Positions 1-7,611 of a DNA stretch of 15,714 bases are shown piece by piece. Position 1 is the first letter of the stretch, and every line of letters begins with the position of its first letter. A program made the position numbers and the translations under genes. The notes beneath the pieces are model-generated. The model saw only the letters and a list, made by a program, of their open reading frames with translations, did no database searches and was not told where the DNA came from. Origin of the DNA: Archangium sp. (GTDB lineage Bacteria; Myxococcota; Myxococcia; Myxococcales; Myxococcaceae); contig JANLPS010000362.1 of assembly GCA_031367385.1 (NCBI GenBank), forward strand, positions 1 to 15,714. The letters run 5' to 3'.

Positions 1-1
1 G

Positions 2-511
2 GCGGCTCCGGTCGGGGGCACGGTCGATTGGCGCGAGCGCACCCTGCAGCTGGCCATCTACGATGTGAGCGACCTGGGGCACCCGAAGCAGACCTTCACC
101 CAGAAGGTCGGCACCGCCTACGGCTGGAGCGAAGCGGCCTACGAGCACAAGGCCTTCAACTACTTCGCGGCGAAGAAGCTGCTGGCGATACCGTTCGCCG
201 ACTGGAGCTCGTCGTACGACGGCAGCGGCGGCAGCGAGGGGTACTGGAGCACCTTCACCTCAGACCTGCGCGTCTACTCGGTCGACGTGAACAACGGGTT
301 CGCGGTCAAGGGCGCAATCTCGATGCGCGACCTCTACCAATCGCAGAGCTCCTACGGGTGGACGTATTACTGGACGCCGTGGGTACGTCGCTCGGTCATC
401 GCCGACGACTTCGTCTACTCGCTCAGCGACTCGGGCATTCGCGTGGCGAACATCGCGAACTTGAACGCGCCGCTCGCGACGACCTCATTCACCCGGTACC
501 TCACGAAGTAA
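2..511 (+). CDS. Beta-propeller domain-containing protein (Beta_propel-like), C-terminal part; 5'-truncated by window edge
   Basis: Frame is open from position 2 (AAPVGGTVDWRERTLQLAIYDVSDLGHPKQ...) to TAA at 509-511. The LxIYDVSD..P, SEAAYEHKAF, LLAIP and RSVIADDFVYSLS segments resemble the C-terminus of secreted beta-propeller proteins. Confidence 0.75.
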   Translation, partial: AAPVGGTVDWRERTLQLAIYDVSDLGHPKQTFTQKVGTAYGWSEAAYEHKAFNYFAAKKLLAIPFADWSSSYDGSGGSEGYWSTFTSDLRVYSVDVNNGFAVKGAISMRDLYQSQSSYGWTYYWTPWVRRSVIADDFVYSLSDSGIRVANIANLNAPLATTSFTRYLTK

Positions 512-551
512 GGTTCTCCTCCGAAGGGCATCACACGCGGCGGCCCAGGCT

Positions 552-1454
552 TCAGGTCTGGGTCGCCGTTTTTATTCGTTCGAGCAACGCCTGCGCTGAA
601 GGCTCGACCGGCTCGGGTACGCCGTACTGCCACGACGCTGACGGCGGCATCGACATCAGAATCGACTCGGTGCGACCGTTCGATTGCAGACCGAAGTGGG
701 TGCCACGGTCCCACACCAGGTTGAACTCGACGTAGCGGCCGCGGCGATGGGCCTGCCAGGCGCGGTGGGCTTCGGTGTAGGCCTGGTGGCGGTGCCGCTC
801 GACGATGGGCAAGTAGGCGTCGAGAAAGCCGTTCGCGACCGCCTGGGTGAAGGCAAAGCATTCGTCGAAGGTGCCGCCGAAGGGGTGCGCGGCGTTGAGG
901 TCGTCGTAGAAGAGGCCTCCGAGGCCGCGGCGCTCGTTGCGGTGCTTCAAGGTGAAGTAGGTGTCGCAGTCGGCTCGAAGCCGTTCGTACATCGCCGGGC
1001 TGGTGCAGAGCGTGCGGGCGACCGAGTGCCAGTGCTGCTCGTCGCTTGGGTCGTAGAAATACGGAGTGAGATCGAACCCGCCTCCGAACCACCAACTGGC
1101 GCCGTCGTCGGTGGTGAAGAAACGCACATTCAGGTGGCTGGTGGGCACGAAGGGGTTGCGCGGGTGCAGCACCAGCGAGACGCCGAGGGCCTGAAAGCCA
1201 CGACCGGCGAGGTGTGGGTTGCGCTGGGTCGCCGCGGGAGGCAGTGCGCGGCCGCGAACGTCAGAGAGGGCCACACCACCCCGTTCGAAGAGTGATGCGC
1301 CCTCAAGAATGCAGGTGCTGCCGCCGCCTTCGAGCGTGCCACCGGGCGCCTTGGCCCAGTCGTCGCGAATGAAAGGCCGGTCGTCGAGGGCGCCCAGGGT
1401 CGTGGTGAGCGTGGTGAGCAGCGCTTCGAGCACCGGCTTGACGGCGTCACGCAC
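552..1454 (-). CDS. hemF: Oxygen-dependent coproporphyrinogen III oxidase
   Basis: Motifs GVSLVLHPRNPFVPTSHLNVRFF, WWFGGGFDLTPY, RGLGGLFYDDL and RRGRYVEFNLVWDRGTHFGL. Start re-assigned to GTG at 1454 (300 aa, 8-nt overlap with the hemH stop) instead of 1580, whose extension lies inside hemH. Confidence 0.97.
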   Translation of the reverse strand: MRDAVKPVLEALLTTLTTTLGALDDRPFIRDDWAKAPGGTLEGGGSTCILEGASLFERGGVALSDVRGRALPPAATQRNPHLAGRGFQALGVSLVLHPRNPFVPTSHLNVRFFTTDDGASWWFGGGFDLTPYFYDPSDEQHWHSVARTLCTSPAMYERLRADCDTYFTLKHRNERRGLGGLFYDDLNAAHPFGGTFDECFAFTQAVANGFLDAYLPIVERHRHQAYTEAHRAWQAHRRGRYVEFNLVWDRGTHFGLQSNGRTESILMSMPPSASWQYGVPEPVEPSAQALLERIKTATQT

Positions 1455-2457
1455 CGCTGGGCCTGCAGAGCCGCTCGAGGGTGTCGATGAAAGCGGGGTC
1501 GGCGTTGAGGCAGGGCACGACGGTGAGTGATTCACCGCCCAGTGAGCGAAACTGCTCGGCCGCGCGGTTGCCGAGCTCATCGAGCGTCTCGAGGCAGTCG
1601 GCGACGAACCCCGGAGTGATCATCGCGATGCGTTTGACGCCCTTTGAAGCGAGCTCTTTGATCACCTCATCGGTGAACGGCGTGATCCACGGGGTGCGGC
1701 CGAGGCGCGATTGAAAGGTCGTGGTGTGCGGCACCTTCAGCGTCGAGGCGAGCGAGCGGGTCGTCGCCAGACACTGGGCGCGGTAACAGTGCCGATTGGT
1801 CTCACAGCAATTCGGGCTCGAGAAGCAATGACCGGTGCCGTCTTCGCGACGCAGCTGCCGCTCAGGGAGCCCGTGGTAACTGAACAGCACGTGTTGCACG
1901 TCGCCCGGGAGCGCAGCCAATTGCGCGGAGAGCGCTGACACGTAACCGGCGTCATCGAAGAAGGGAGGCACCATGCGCAGCGACGGCACCCGCGGGTGGC
2001 CCTGGTAGTGATTGTAGACGGCCTCGCGCACCGACCCGGTCGAGGCCGACGCCTCGTGGGGAAACATCGGCACGATGGTCACGTCGCGAATGCGCAGCGC
2101 GTCGCACCGGGCCAGCGCGTCTCGAAGCGACGGGCTGCCATAGCGCATCGCGAGCAGCACCTCGGTGTCGGGCATTCGCGCCTGAAGCGCACGTTGCTGC
2201 GCCTGGCTGTTCACCAGCAGGGGGGAGCCCGCCTCGGTCCACACTTTTTGATAGAGCTTCGCGGTCGTGCTCGGCCTGAACGGCAAGATGATCAGGTTCA
2301 AGAGCAACCAGCGGCCCACCGCGTTGAGGTCGATGACCCGAGGGTCAGAGAGAAATTCTCGCAGGTAGGTGCGAACCTTGGCCGGCGTCGGCGCGTCTGG
2401 CGTGCCGAGATTGATCAGCACCACCGCGCGTTTGCGTGATTCGAGTGAAGTCGTCAT
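1447..2457 (-). CDS. hemH: Ferrochelatase (protoporphyrin type) with Cys-rich internal insert
   Basis: Motifs LINLGTP, YLREFLSDPRVID, GSPL, AMRYGSP, FSYHGLP, FQSRLG..PW..P and GFVADCLETLDE. ATGA overlap with the upstream regulator stop at 2454-2457. Confidence 0.97.
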   Translation of the reverse strand: MTTSLESRKRAVVLINLGTPDAPTPAKVRTYLREFLSDPRVIDLNAVGRWLLLNLIILPFRPSTTAKLYQKVWTEAGSPLLVNSQAQQRALQARMPDTEVLLAMRYGSPSLRDALARCDALRIRDVTIVPMFPHEASASTGSVREAVYNHYQGHPRVPSLRMVPPFFDDAGYVSALSAQLAALPGDVQHVLFSYHGLPERQLRREDGTGHCFSSPNCCETNRHCYRAQCLATTRSLASTLKVPHTTTFQSRLGRTPWITPFTDEVIKELASKGVKRIAMITPGFVADCLETLDELGNRAAEQFRSLGGESLTVVPCLNADPAFIDTLERLCRPSGA

Positions 2458-3143
2458 GGTCGAAACAGGTACCCTCGCCCGCGCAAGGTGATCAGGTGCA
2501 CTGGCGCTTCGGCGTCGACCTCGAACAACCGTCGCAGCCGCATGATGAAGTTGTCGACCGTGCGGTCGGTGGGGAAAGCGTCCATCCCCCAGACTTCTTC
2601 GAGAATGTCGGCGCGCGAGAGTGCTTCGTTCGGGCGCTGGGCGAACAGCTGCATCAACCGCAGCTCCTTCTCTGAGAGCGACAATTCACCCTCGGTGGTG
2701 AACGCCTGGCCGGTATCGAAGCGCACCCAGTGCTGGCCGAGCGTGAGCCGGTTGTCTTTCATCGCGCTGACCGAGCCGCCACTTCGCCGCAGTACCGCTC
2801 GCACGCGCGCCAAGAGCTCCTGCACGTCGAAGGGCTTGGGCAGGTAGTCGTCGGCGCCGCAGTCGAGGCCGCGCACCCGTGAGGCCACGTCACTGCGCGA
2901 GGTCAACATCACGATCGCCGCGCGCACGCCGCCTTCACGTGCGCGCCGGGTGAGGTTGAAGCCATCGCCTCCGGGCAGCATCACGTCGACCAGCGCCAGC
3001 TCGAATTGGGCCTCGAGCAGCTTGGCCAGGCCCGTGGGGTAGTCGATGGCGACCTCGACCGTGAACCCGGCGTGGGCCAGGTTGAGACAGACCAGGTCGC
3101 GCACCAACGCGTCGTCTTCGATGACCAGAATGCGCTCAGCCAC
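2454..3143 (-). CDS. OmpR/PhoB-family DNA-binding response regulator
   Basis: Receiver domain ILVIEDD, DVMLPG (phosphoacceptor Asp), MLT and GADDYLPKPF; winged-helix C-terminus LSRADILEEVWG...DRTVDNFIMRLRR...TLRGRGY. GTG start with GGAG upstream; 8-nt overlap with the kinase stop. Confidence 0.95.
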   Translation of the reverse strand: MAERILVIEDDALVRDLVCLNLAHAGFTVEVAIDYPTGLAKLLEAQFELALVDVMLPGGDGFNLTRRAREGGVRAAIVMLTSRSDVASRVRGLDCGADDYLPKPFDVQELLARVRAVLRRSGGSVSAMKDNRLTLGQHWVRFDTGQAFTTEGELSLSEKELRLMQLFAQRPNEALSRADILEEVWGMDAFPTDRTVDNFIMRLRRLFEVDAEAPVHLITLRGRGYLFRP

Positions 3144-4101
3144 GGGGCGCTCCGTCGCTGACCGGGAGCGAGACTGTGAACACCGAGCCCAGGCCCGGGC
3201 CTTCGCTCGACGCGGTCAGCTTGGCGTGCATGCGCAGCGCCAGCTGTCGTGAAAGGTACAACCCGAGGCCACTGCCGTGCGTGACGCCGTCGTGCTTCTG
3301 GCGGCGAAACGGGTCGAAGAGCGTCTCGGCCTCAGCGGAGGGGAACCCCTGGCCTTCGTCACGCACCGAGAGCACCCACTCGCGGCCGCTGACTTGGGTG
3401 TGCACTTCGGCGCGGCCTCCGCCGTACTTGTGGGCGTTGTCGAGCAGGTTCTCGAGAATGACCCGAAAGGCGTCGGCGTCGACCAGCACTTGCGCAGACG
3501 CGACGGTCTTTACTTCGAGCGTTTCGCTGACGCCGGTGCGGCTGCGGTGCTCGAGAATCTGGTTCACCAGTGACTCGGCGTCGTGGGTCGTGGTGGTCAC
3601 GCTGCCCGCCGCGGCGAGCGAACGCTGCCAGGCCAAGATGGTCTCGGTCAGGTGCTCCAACCGGTCGACCTCGAGCAACCCGCGCTTGATGAACTCGACC
3701 TTGCGCTCTTCGGGCAGCGAGCCCAAGCCCAGGCTCTGCAACAGCGCGCGCACTCCGGCGATGGGGGTCTTCAATTCGTGCGAGGTGAACTGGAGCAGCC
3801 GCTCCATGCGTCGCTGCGCGAGGCTGCGCTGCCGGGCGATGTAGACCAACGCGGCGATCGCGGTCGCCATCGCCGCAGCCATCGCGGCGAACTCGGTGGT
3901 GATCATGAAGTGCATGCGCGCGGCCTCGGCACTGAGGTCGGCCGGAGCGCCAGAGGTGAGCGCGTCGAGGCGTTCTTTGAGCGCGATGTTCTGCGTGACC
4001 AGGCGCTGCGAGAGCACCGCCCACCATGGCACCACGACCGCGACGACTGACAGCGCCAGCGCCGCCACCAGATATTCGAGCTTGGCCTTGAGAAAGGGCA
4101 T
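3136..4101 (-). CDS. Membrane sensor histidine kinase (2 TM, HisKA, HATPase_c)
   Basis: Two hydrophobic N-terminal segments; H-box SHELKTP, N-box ENLLDNAHKY, G1 DEGQGF, F-box LFDPF and G2 GSGLGL. Confidence 0.95.
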   Translation of the reverse strand: MPFLKAKLEYLVAALALSVVAVVVPWWAVLSQRLVTQNIALKERLDALTSGAPADLSAEAARMHFMITTEFAAMAAAMATAIAALVYIARQRSLAQRRMERLLQFTSHELKTPIAGVRALLQSLGLGSLPEERKVEFIKRGLLEVDRLEHLTETILAWQRSLAAAGSVTTTTHDAESLVNQILEHRSRTGVSETLEVKTVASAQVLVDADAFRVILENLLDNAHKYGGGRAEVHTQVSGREWVLSVRDEGQGFPSAEAETLFDPFRRQKHDGVTHGSGLGLYLSRQLALRMHAKLTASSEGPGLGSVFTVSLPVSDGAPRG

Positions 4102-4113
4102 CGCGTGGGCCTT

Positions 4114-5385
4114 TCAGGGCTTCAAGAGTGCGTCGAGAATGGTTTCGACGTTCGCCGGCGTGTGCGCGGTCGACAAGAAGCTCACTTCGTAGCCGCTCGG
4201 GGGCAGGTACACGCCGCGACCGAGCCAGGTGGCGTAGCTGGCGTGGTACCGGTCGATGACCTCTGAGCGAATCGCCTCGGCGCTCGTCGGCGCATTCGGC
4301 GTTTTCTCGAAGTAGGGCCAGAACATCGAGCCTTGCCGTTGCAGCGCCAGGCCATTGGCGCGCTGGCGCCACCCGGCTTCGAGCTGGGCGCCGAGCTTCT
4401 CGAGCGACTCGTAGACGCCGGGGCGATTGAGCTCTCTCAAGGTGGCGATGCCCGCCGCGAGCGTGACCGGGTTGCCGGCCATCGTGCCTGCTTGGTACAC
4501 GCCGCCGAGGGGCGCGAGCTGATCCATGATCTCTTGACGGCCGACGACGGCCGCGACCGGGAGCCCGCCTCCGACGATTTTGCCGAGCGTGGTCAGGTCG
4601 GGCTTGACGCCGACCAGGCGGCCGTAGCCACCGAAGTGAAAGCGAAACCCGGTGATGACCTCGTCGAAGACCAGCAGGGCGCCGTGCTTGGTGCAGTGCT
4701 CACGGAGCGCGGTGAGCCAGGCTTTTCGTTGCGGCAGCAGGCCGTTGTTCGCGGGCATCGGCTCGAGAATCACCGCGGCGAGGCGGCTGCCGTATTGCTC
4801 GAAGGCGCTGATCAACGCGGCGTCGTCATCGAGCGGCACCACGATGGTTTGAGAGGCGATGCTCTCGGGCACACCCAAGCTGTCAGCGAGCCCCTGGGTC
4901 ACGACGCCGCTGCCCGCCTTGACGAGGAGCGAGTCGAGGTGCCCGTGGTAACAGCCACTGAACTTCAAGATCATCGACCGCTTGGTGTACGCGCGGGCCA
5001 GGCGCATCGCAGTCGACACGGCCTCGGTGCCCGAGACGACGAAGCGAACCTTGCCGTGCTCGGGGAAGGCCTCGAGCACCAATTCAGCGAGCGCGATTTC
5101 GTTGCGGTGCACGGTGCCGAAGGCGAGCCCATCGCGCGCGGCGGCGACCACCGCTTCGATGACGGCCGGGTGTGCGTGCCCGAGCACCAGCGGGCCCCAG
5201 GCCATGCAGAGGTCGAGCAGGGTGTTGCCGTCTTCGTCTTTGGCGAACGCGCCTTCGCCCTTCGAGAAGTAGCGCGGAGTGCCTCCGACCTTTCGAAAGG
5301 CGCGCACCGGGCTCGAGACGCCAGCCGGCATGAGGTGCTGCGCGTGGGCGAACAGCGCCTCAGCAATTTTCAGTGAGTGCGGCAT
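4114..5385 (-). CDS. hemL: Glutamate-1-semialdehyde 2,1-aminomutase
   Basis: Motifs GVSSPVRAF, WGPLVLGHAHP, SGTEA, GCYHGH.D.LL, FDEVITGFR, LGKIVGGGLP (PLP lysine) and YQAGTMAGNP. Confidence 0.97.
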   Translation of the reverse strand: MPHSLKIAEALFAHAQHLMPAGVSSPVRAFRKVGGTPRYFSKGEGAFAKDEDGNTLLDLCMAWGPLVLGHAHPAVIEAVVAAARDGLAFGTVHRNEIALAELVLEAFPEHGKVRFVVSGTEAVSTAMRLARAYTKRSMILKFSGCYHGHLDSLLVKAGSGVVTQGLADSLGVPESIASQTIVVPLDDDAALISAFEQYGSRLAAVILEPMPANNGLLPQRKAWLTALREHCTKHGALLVFDEVITGFRFHFGGYGRLVGVKPDLTTLGKIVGGGLPVAAVVGRQEIMDQLAPLGGVYQAGTMAGNPVTLAAGIATLRELNRPGVYESLEKLGAQLEAGWRQRANGLALQRQGSMFWPYFEKTPNAPTSAEAIRSEVIDRYHASYATWLGRGVYLPPSGYEVSFLSTAHTPANVETILDALLKP

Positions 5386-6280
5386 GGGTCTCCGTGAGGG
5401 GCAGGTCGGCGAGTAGGCGGTTGGCGTGCTCGAGGGTCAGAGGCGTGTTCCAAGGCAGGTTCAGGGTGGCGAGCGCCCAGCGGCCGTCGCGCTCGAGACC
5501 GGCGTGCAAGGTGGTGCTGTTGCTGGGCAGGTAGGCGCCGAAGGGGCTCGAGCACCCGCCTTCGAAGGCGCGCAGCAAGGTGCGCTCGGTCTCGACCTGA
5601 CGGCGGGTCTCGGCGTCGTCGATGACCTTCAGCGCTGCGAGCGTGGCGGTGTCGTCTTCGCGGCACTGCACTGCGATGGCACCCTGGCCTGGAGCGGGGA
5701 TCCACACCGAGGGGGTCAAGGCGACGACGTGAAAGGCCGAGAGGTCGAGCTCGAGGCGGCGCAGGCCGGCGGCGGCGAGGATGATGGCTTCGTAGTCGGC
5801 GCGGGCGGCGAGCTTCGAGACCCGGGTGGGCACGTTGCCGCGAAGGGGCACGGCGGTGGCCCAGGGTGCGTGGTGGCGCAGGAGGGCCATGCGGCGCAGC
5901 GAGGAGGCGCCGACGCGGGCGCCTTCGCGTACGGGCAGGGCGCGCGTGGTATCGACGGCGTCGCGGCTGATCAGCAGCCAGTCACGGGGGTCGGCTCGCT
6001 GCAGAATCGCGCCGAGGCAGAGGCCCTTGGGTTGCGCGGTCGGGAGGTCTTTGAGCGAGTGAACGGCGACGTCGACCTCGTTGGCGCGCAGCGCTCGCTC
6101 GAGCTCTTCGGTGAAGAAGCCCTTCTCGAGCTTGCCGGCGAGAATGGGAGATTGATCAACGTCTCCGCGGGTCTCGATGACGATTTCGCGCGTGGCGATG
6201 CCGAGCCGGGTCGCGACGTGGTGCGTCTGCCAGCGAGCGAGCGCGCTGCCGCGGGTGGCGAGCCTGAGCTCAAGGGGCAC
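5360..6280 (-). CDS. hemC: Hydroxymethylbilane synthase (porphobilinogen deaminase)
   Basis: Motifs LATRGSALARWQ, TRGD, KGFFTEELE, VHSLKDLPT, GASSLRR, LRGNVPTR, PAPGQGA and EGGCSSP (cofactor Cys). Start re-assigned to GTG at 6280 (306 aa, 11-nt overlap with the hemA stop). Confidence 0.96.
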   Translation of the reverse strand: MPLELRLATRGSALARWQTHHVATRLGIATREIVIETRGDVDQSPILAGKLEKGFFTEELERALRANEVDVAVHSLKDLPTAQPKGLCLGAILQRADPRDWLLISRDAVDTTRALPVREGARVGASSLRRMALLRHHAPWATAVPLRGNVPTRVSKLAARADYEAIILAAAGLRRLELDLSAFHVVALTPSVWIPAPGQGAIAVQCREDDTATLAALKVIDDAETRRQVETERTLLRAFEGGCSSPFGAYLPSNSTTLHAGLERDGRWALATLNLPWNTPLTLEHANRLLADLPLTETHAALTENC

Positions 6281-7475
6281 GGCCGGCCCTCCGGGTGGCT
6301 TCGAGGAGGCGGTGGGTGAAGCCGCGCAGTTGAGCGGTGATGCGGCGGGCTTCTTTGGGGGGCAGGGTTGCGACGAGGGCGTCGATGTCGTCTTCGAAGA
6401 ACCGTTTTCGCTCTGACTCGATGGCTTCGAGCACGTGGTGCTGGGCCGCGTCGTCGAGGGCTTCTTCGAGCGCTTCGGCGCCTTGATCAGCGAGCAGTTG
6501 CAGGGCCGCCATCGAGTCGCTCTCGAGCGTGAGGCCGCGGCGGGCGAGGAGCGTGTCGAGGTCGATGCGGGCCCACCCTGGCGCCGAGACGACCTGCGCG
6601 GGAGAGCCGAGGTCGATGACGATGGGTGCCGTGTCGTCGGCTGAGCCAACCCCGTTCGTCCTGAGGCTCGCGAAGGAGGAACCCTGATCGCCATTGGCAT
6701 CGTTCGGCAAGCCCACCACGGCCAGCGGATCACCCCCGAGGACCCGTTCACCTCGCGGCGGCAACTGCAGATGCGCCTTCGGAGCACCACTGCACACGAC
6801 GACCGCCGTTGCGCGCTTCGCCTCCGCGGTGAATCGCTCCTGATCAGCCCTCCCGAACCCGCTTGCCCCGATGAACCCGTCTCGTCGCAGCGCTGCCAGC
6901 ACCTGCCCGCCGATATCGCCGATGCCCAGCACGAGCACTGCCGCCTCGCGTGACAACGACCTCAACTCCTGCAGCACCAGCGACTGCACTCCCACGCTTG
7001 CGCTCGCACCGGTCTCACGCCGAAGCTGCAGCATGCGGCCGAGCGCATGCCAGCACAGGTTCAACGTGCGGTCGGTCGAACGCAGCGCATGCCCCGCTTC
7101 GAAAGCCTTGATCACTTGCCGGCCAATGGCGTGCTCTCCTTCAGCGACCGACTCGAGCCCGAACGCCACGCGCACCAGATACGAGACTGCACCGCGAGAG
7201 ACCTTGGCGTGCATGGCCCGACCAGCCCCCGCTGCGCCCAGCCGCGACAGCAGCGCGCCCCGGAGCAGCTCGGCCGCCCAGGTCGGGTTGCTCGCTGAGA
7301 TCACCCATTCGATCCGCGAGCAGCTCTCGATGCGAACGATTCCGGTGGCATCGCCTCCGCGGCGAAGCAGTGCACTGGGCGAATCATCGGCCTCGTCGAT
7401 GGCTTTGAGCATCGCGCGCACGCTCGATGGGCCCTCGCGAAAGTCCATACCGATGACGGCGAGCGGCACGGTCAT
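6270..7475 (-). CDS. hemA: Glutamyl-tRNA reductase, divergent, with an in-frame insertion
   Basis: ESCSRIE (cf. STCNRTE), RVAFGLESVAEGE..I.RQV.KAF (cf. RVASGLDS.V.GE.QILGQV..AF), Rossmann VLVLGIGDIG and VIDLGSP (cf. IDLAVP). Located directly upstream of hemC and hemL. Confidence 0.88.
   Translation of the reverse strand: MTVPLAVIGMDFREGPSSVRAMLKAIDEADDSPSALLRRGGDATGIVRIESCSRIEWVISASNPTWAAELLRGALLSRLGAAGAGRAMHAKVSRGAVSYLVRVAFGLESVAEGEHAIGRQVIKAFEAGHALRSTDRTLNLCWHALGRMLQLRRETGASASVGVQSLVLQELRSLSREAAVLVLGIGDIGGQVLAALRRDGFIGASGFGRADQERFTAEAKRATAVVVCSGAPKAHLQLPPRGERVLGGDPLAVVGLPNDANGDQGSSFASLRTNGVGSADDTAPIVIDLGSPAQVVSAPGWARIDLDTLLARRGLTLESDSMAALQLLADQGAEALEEALDDAAQHHVLEAIESERKRFFEDDIDALVATLPPKEARRITAQLRGFTHRLLEATRRAGRAP
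6651..6677 (-). repeat. REP-like palindromic repeat copy inside the hemA coding sequence
   Basis: Plus strand cccgttcgtcctgag-gctcg-cgaagga versus reverse complement of 7531-7558 cccgttcgtcctgag-cgaagt-cgaagga: 15-nt and 7-nt exact blocks. Confidence 0.85.
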
Positions 7476-7523
7476 GATGCGCTCACATCGCGCGAAGATG
7501 CGAAGGGCCGCTGACCGGTTGCA

Positions 7524-7609
7524 GCGAGGGTCCTTCGACTTCGCTCAGGACGAACGGGTTTGGGCGCGGTCGTCGCGAGGGTCGTTCGAGTTCGCTCACC
7601 ACGAACGGG
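7524..7609 (+). repeat. Tandem pair of 35-nt REP-like imperfect palindromes in the hemY-hemA gap
   Basis: 7524-7558 gcgagggtccttcgacttcgctcaggacgaacggg and 7575-7609 gcgagggtcgttcgagttcgctcaccacgaacggg are 31/35 identical, separated by 16 nt. A degenerate inverted partial copy lies at 7492-7509. Confidence 0.9.
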
Positions 7610-7611
7610 CG

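Noticed and set aside
512..551. Intrinsic terminator between the convergent beta-propeller gene and hemF
   Set aside because: Only a 3-4 bp stem is possible and there is no U-tract on either strand.
1455..1580. Ser/Pro-rich N-terminal extension on HemF
   Set aside because: Lies within hemH in another frame; GTG 1454 gives a normal-length protein.
6281..6790. 170-aa N-terminal extension or fusion on HemC (ORF 5360..6790)
   Set aside because: The extension overlaps hemA in another frame and is low-complexity; HemC homology begins at GTG 6280.
7524..7609. CRISPR mini-array (35-nt repeats)
   Set aside because: Only two direct copies with four mismatches, a 16-nt spacer, no cas genes, and an inverted copy inside hemA; fits a REP-like element better.
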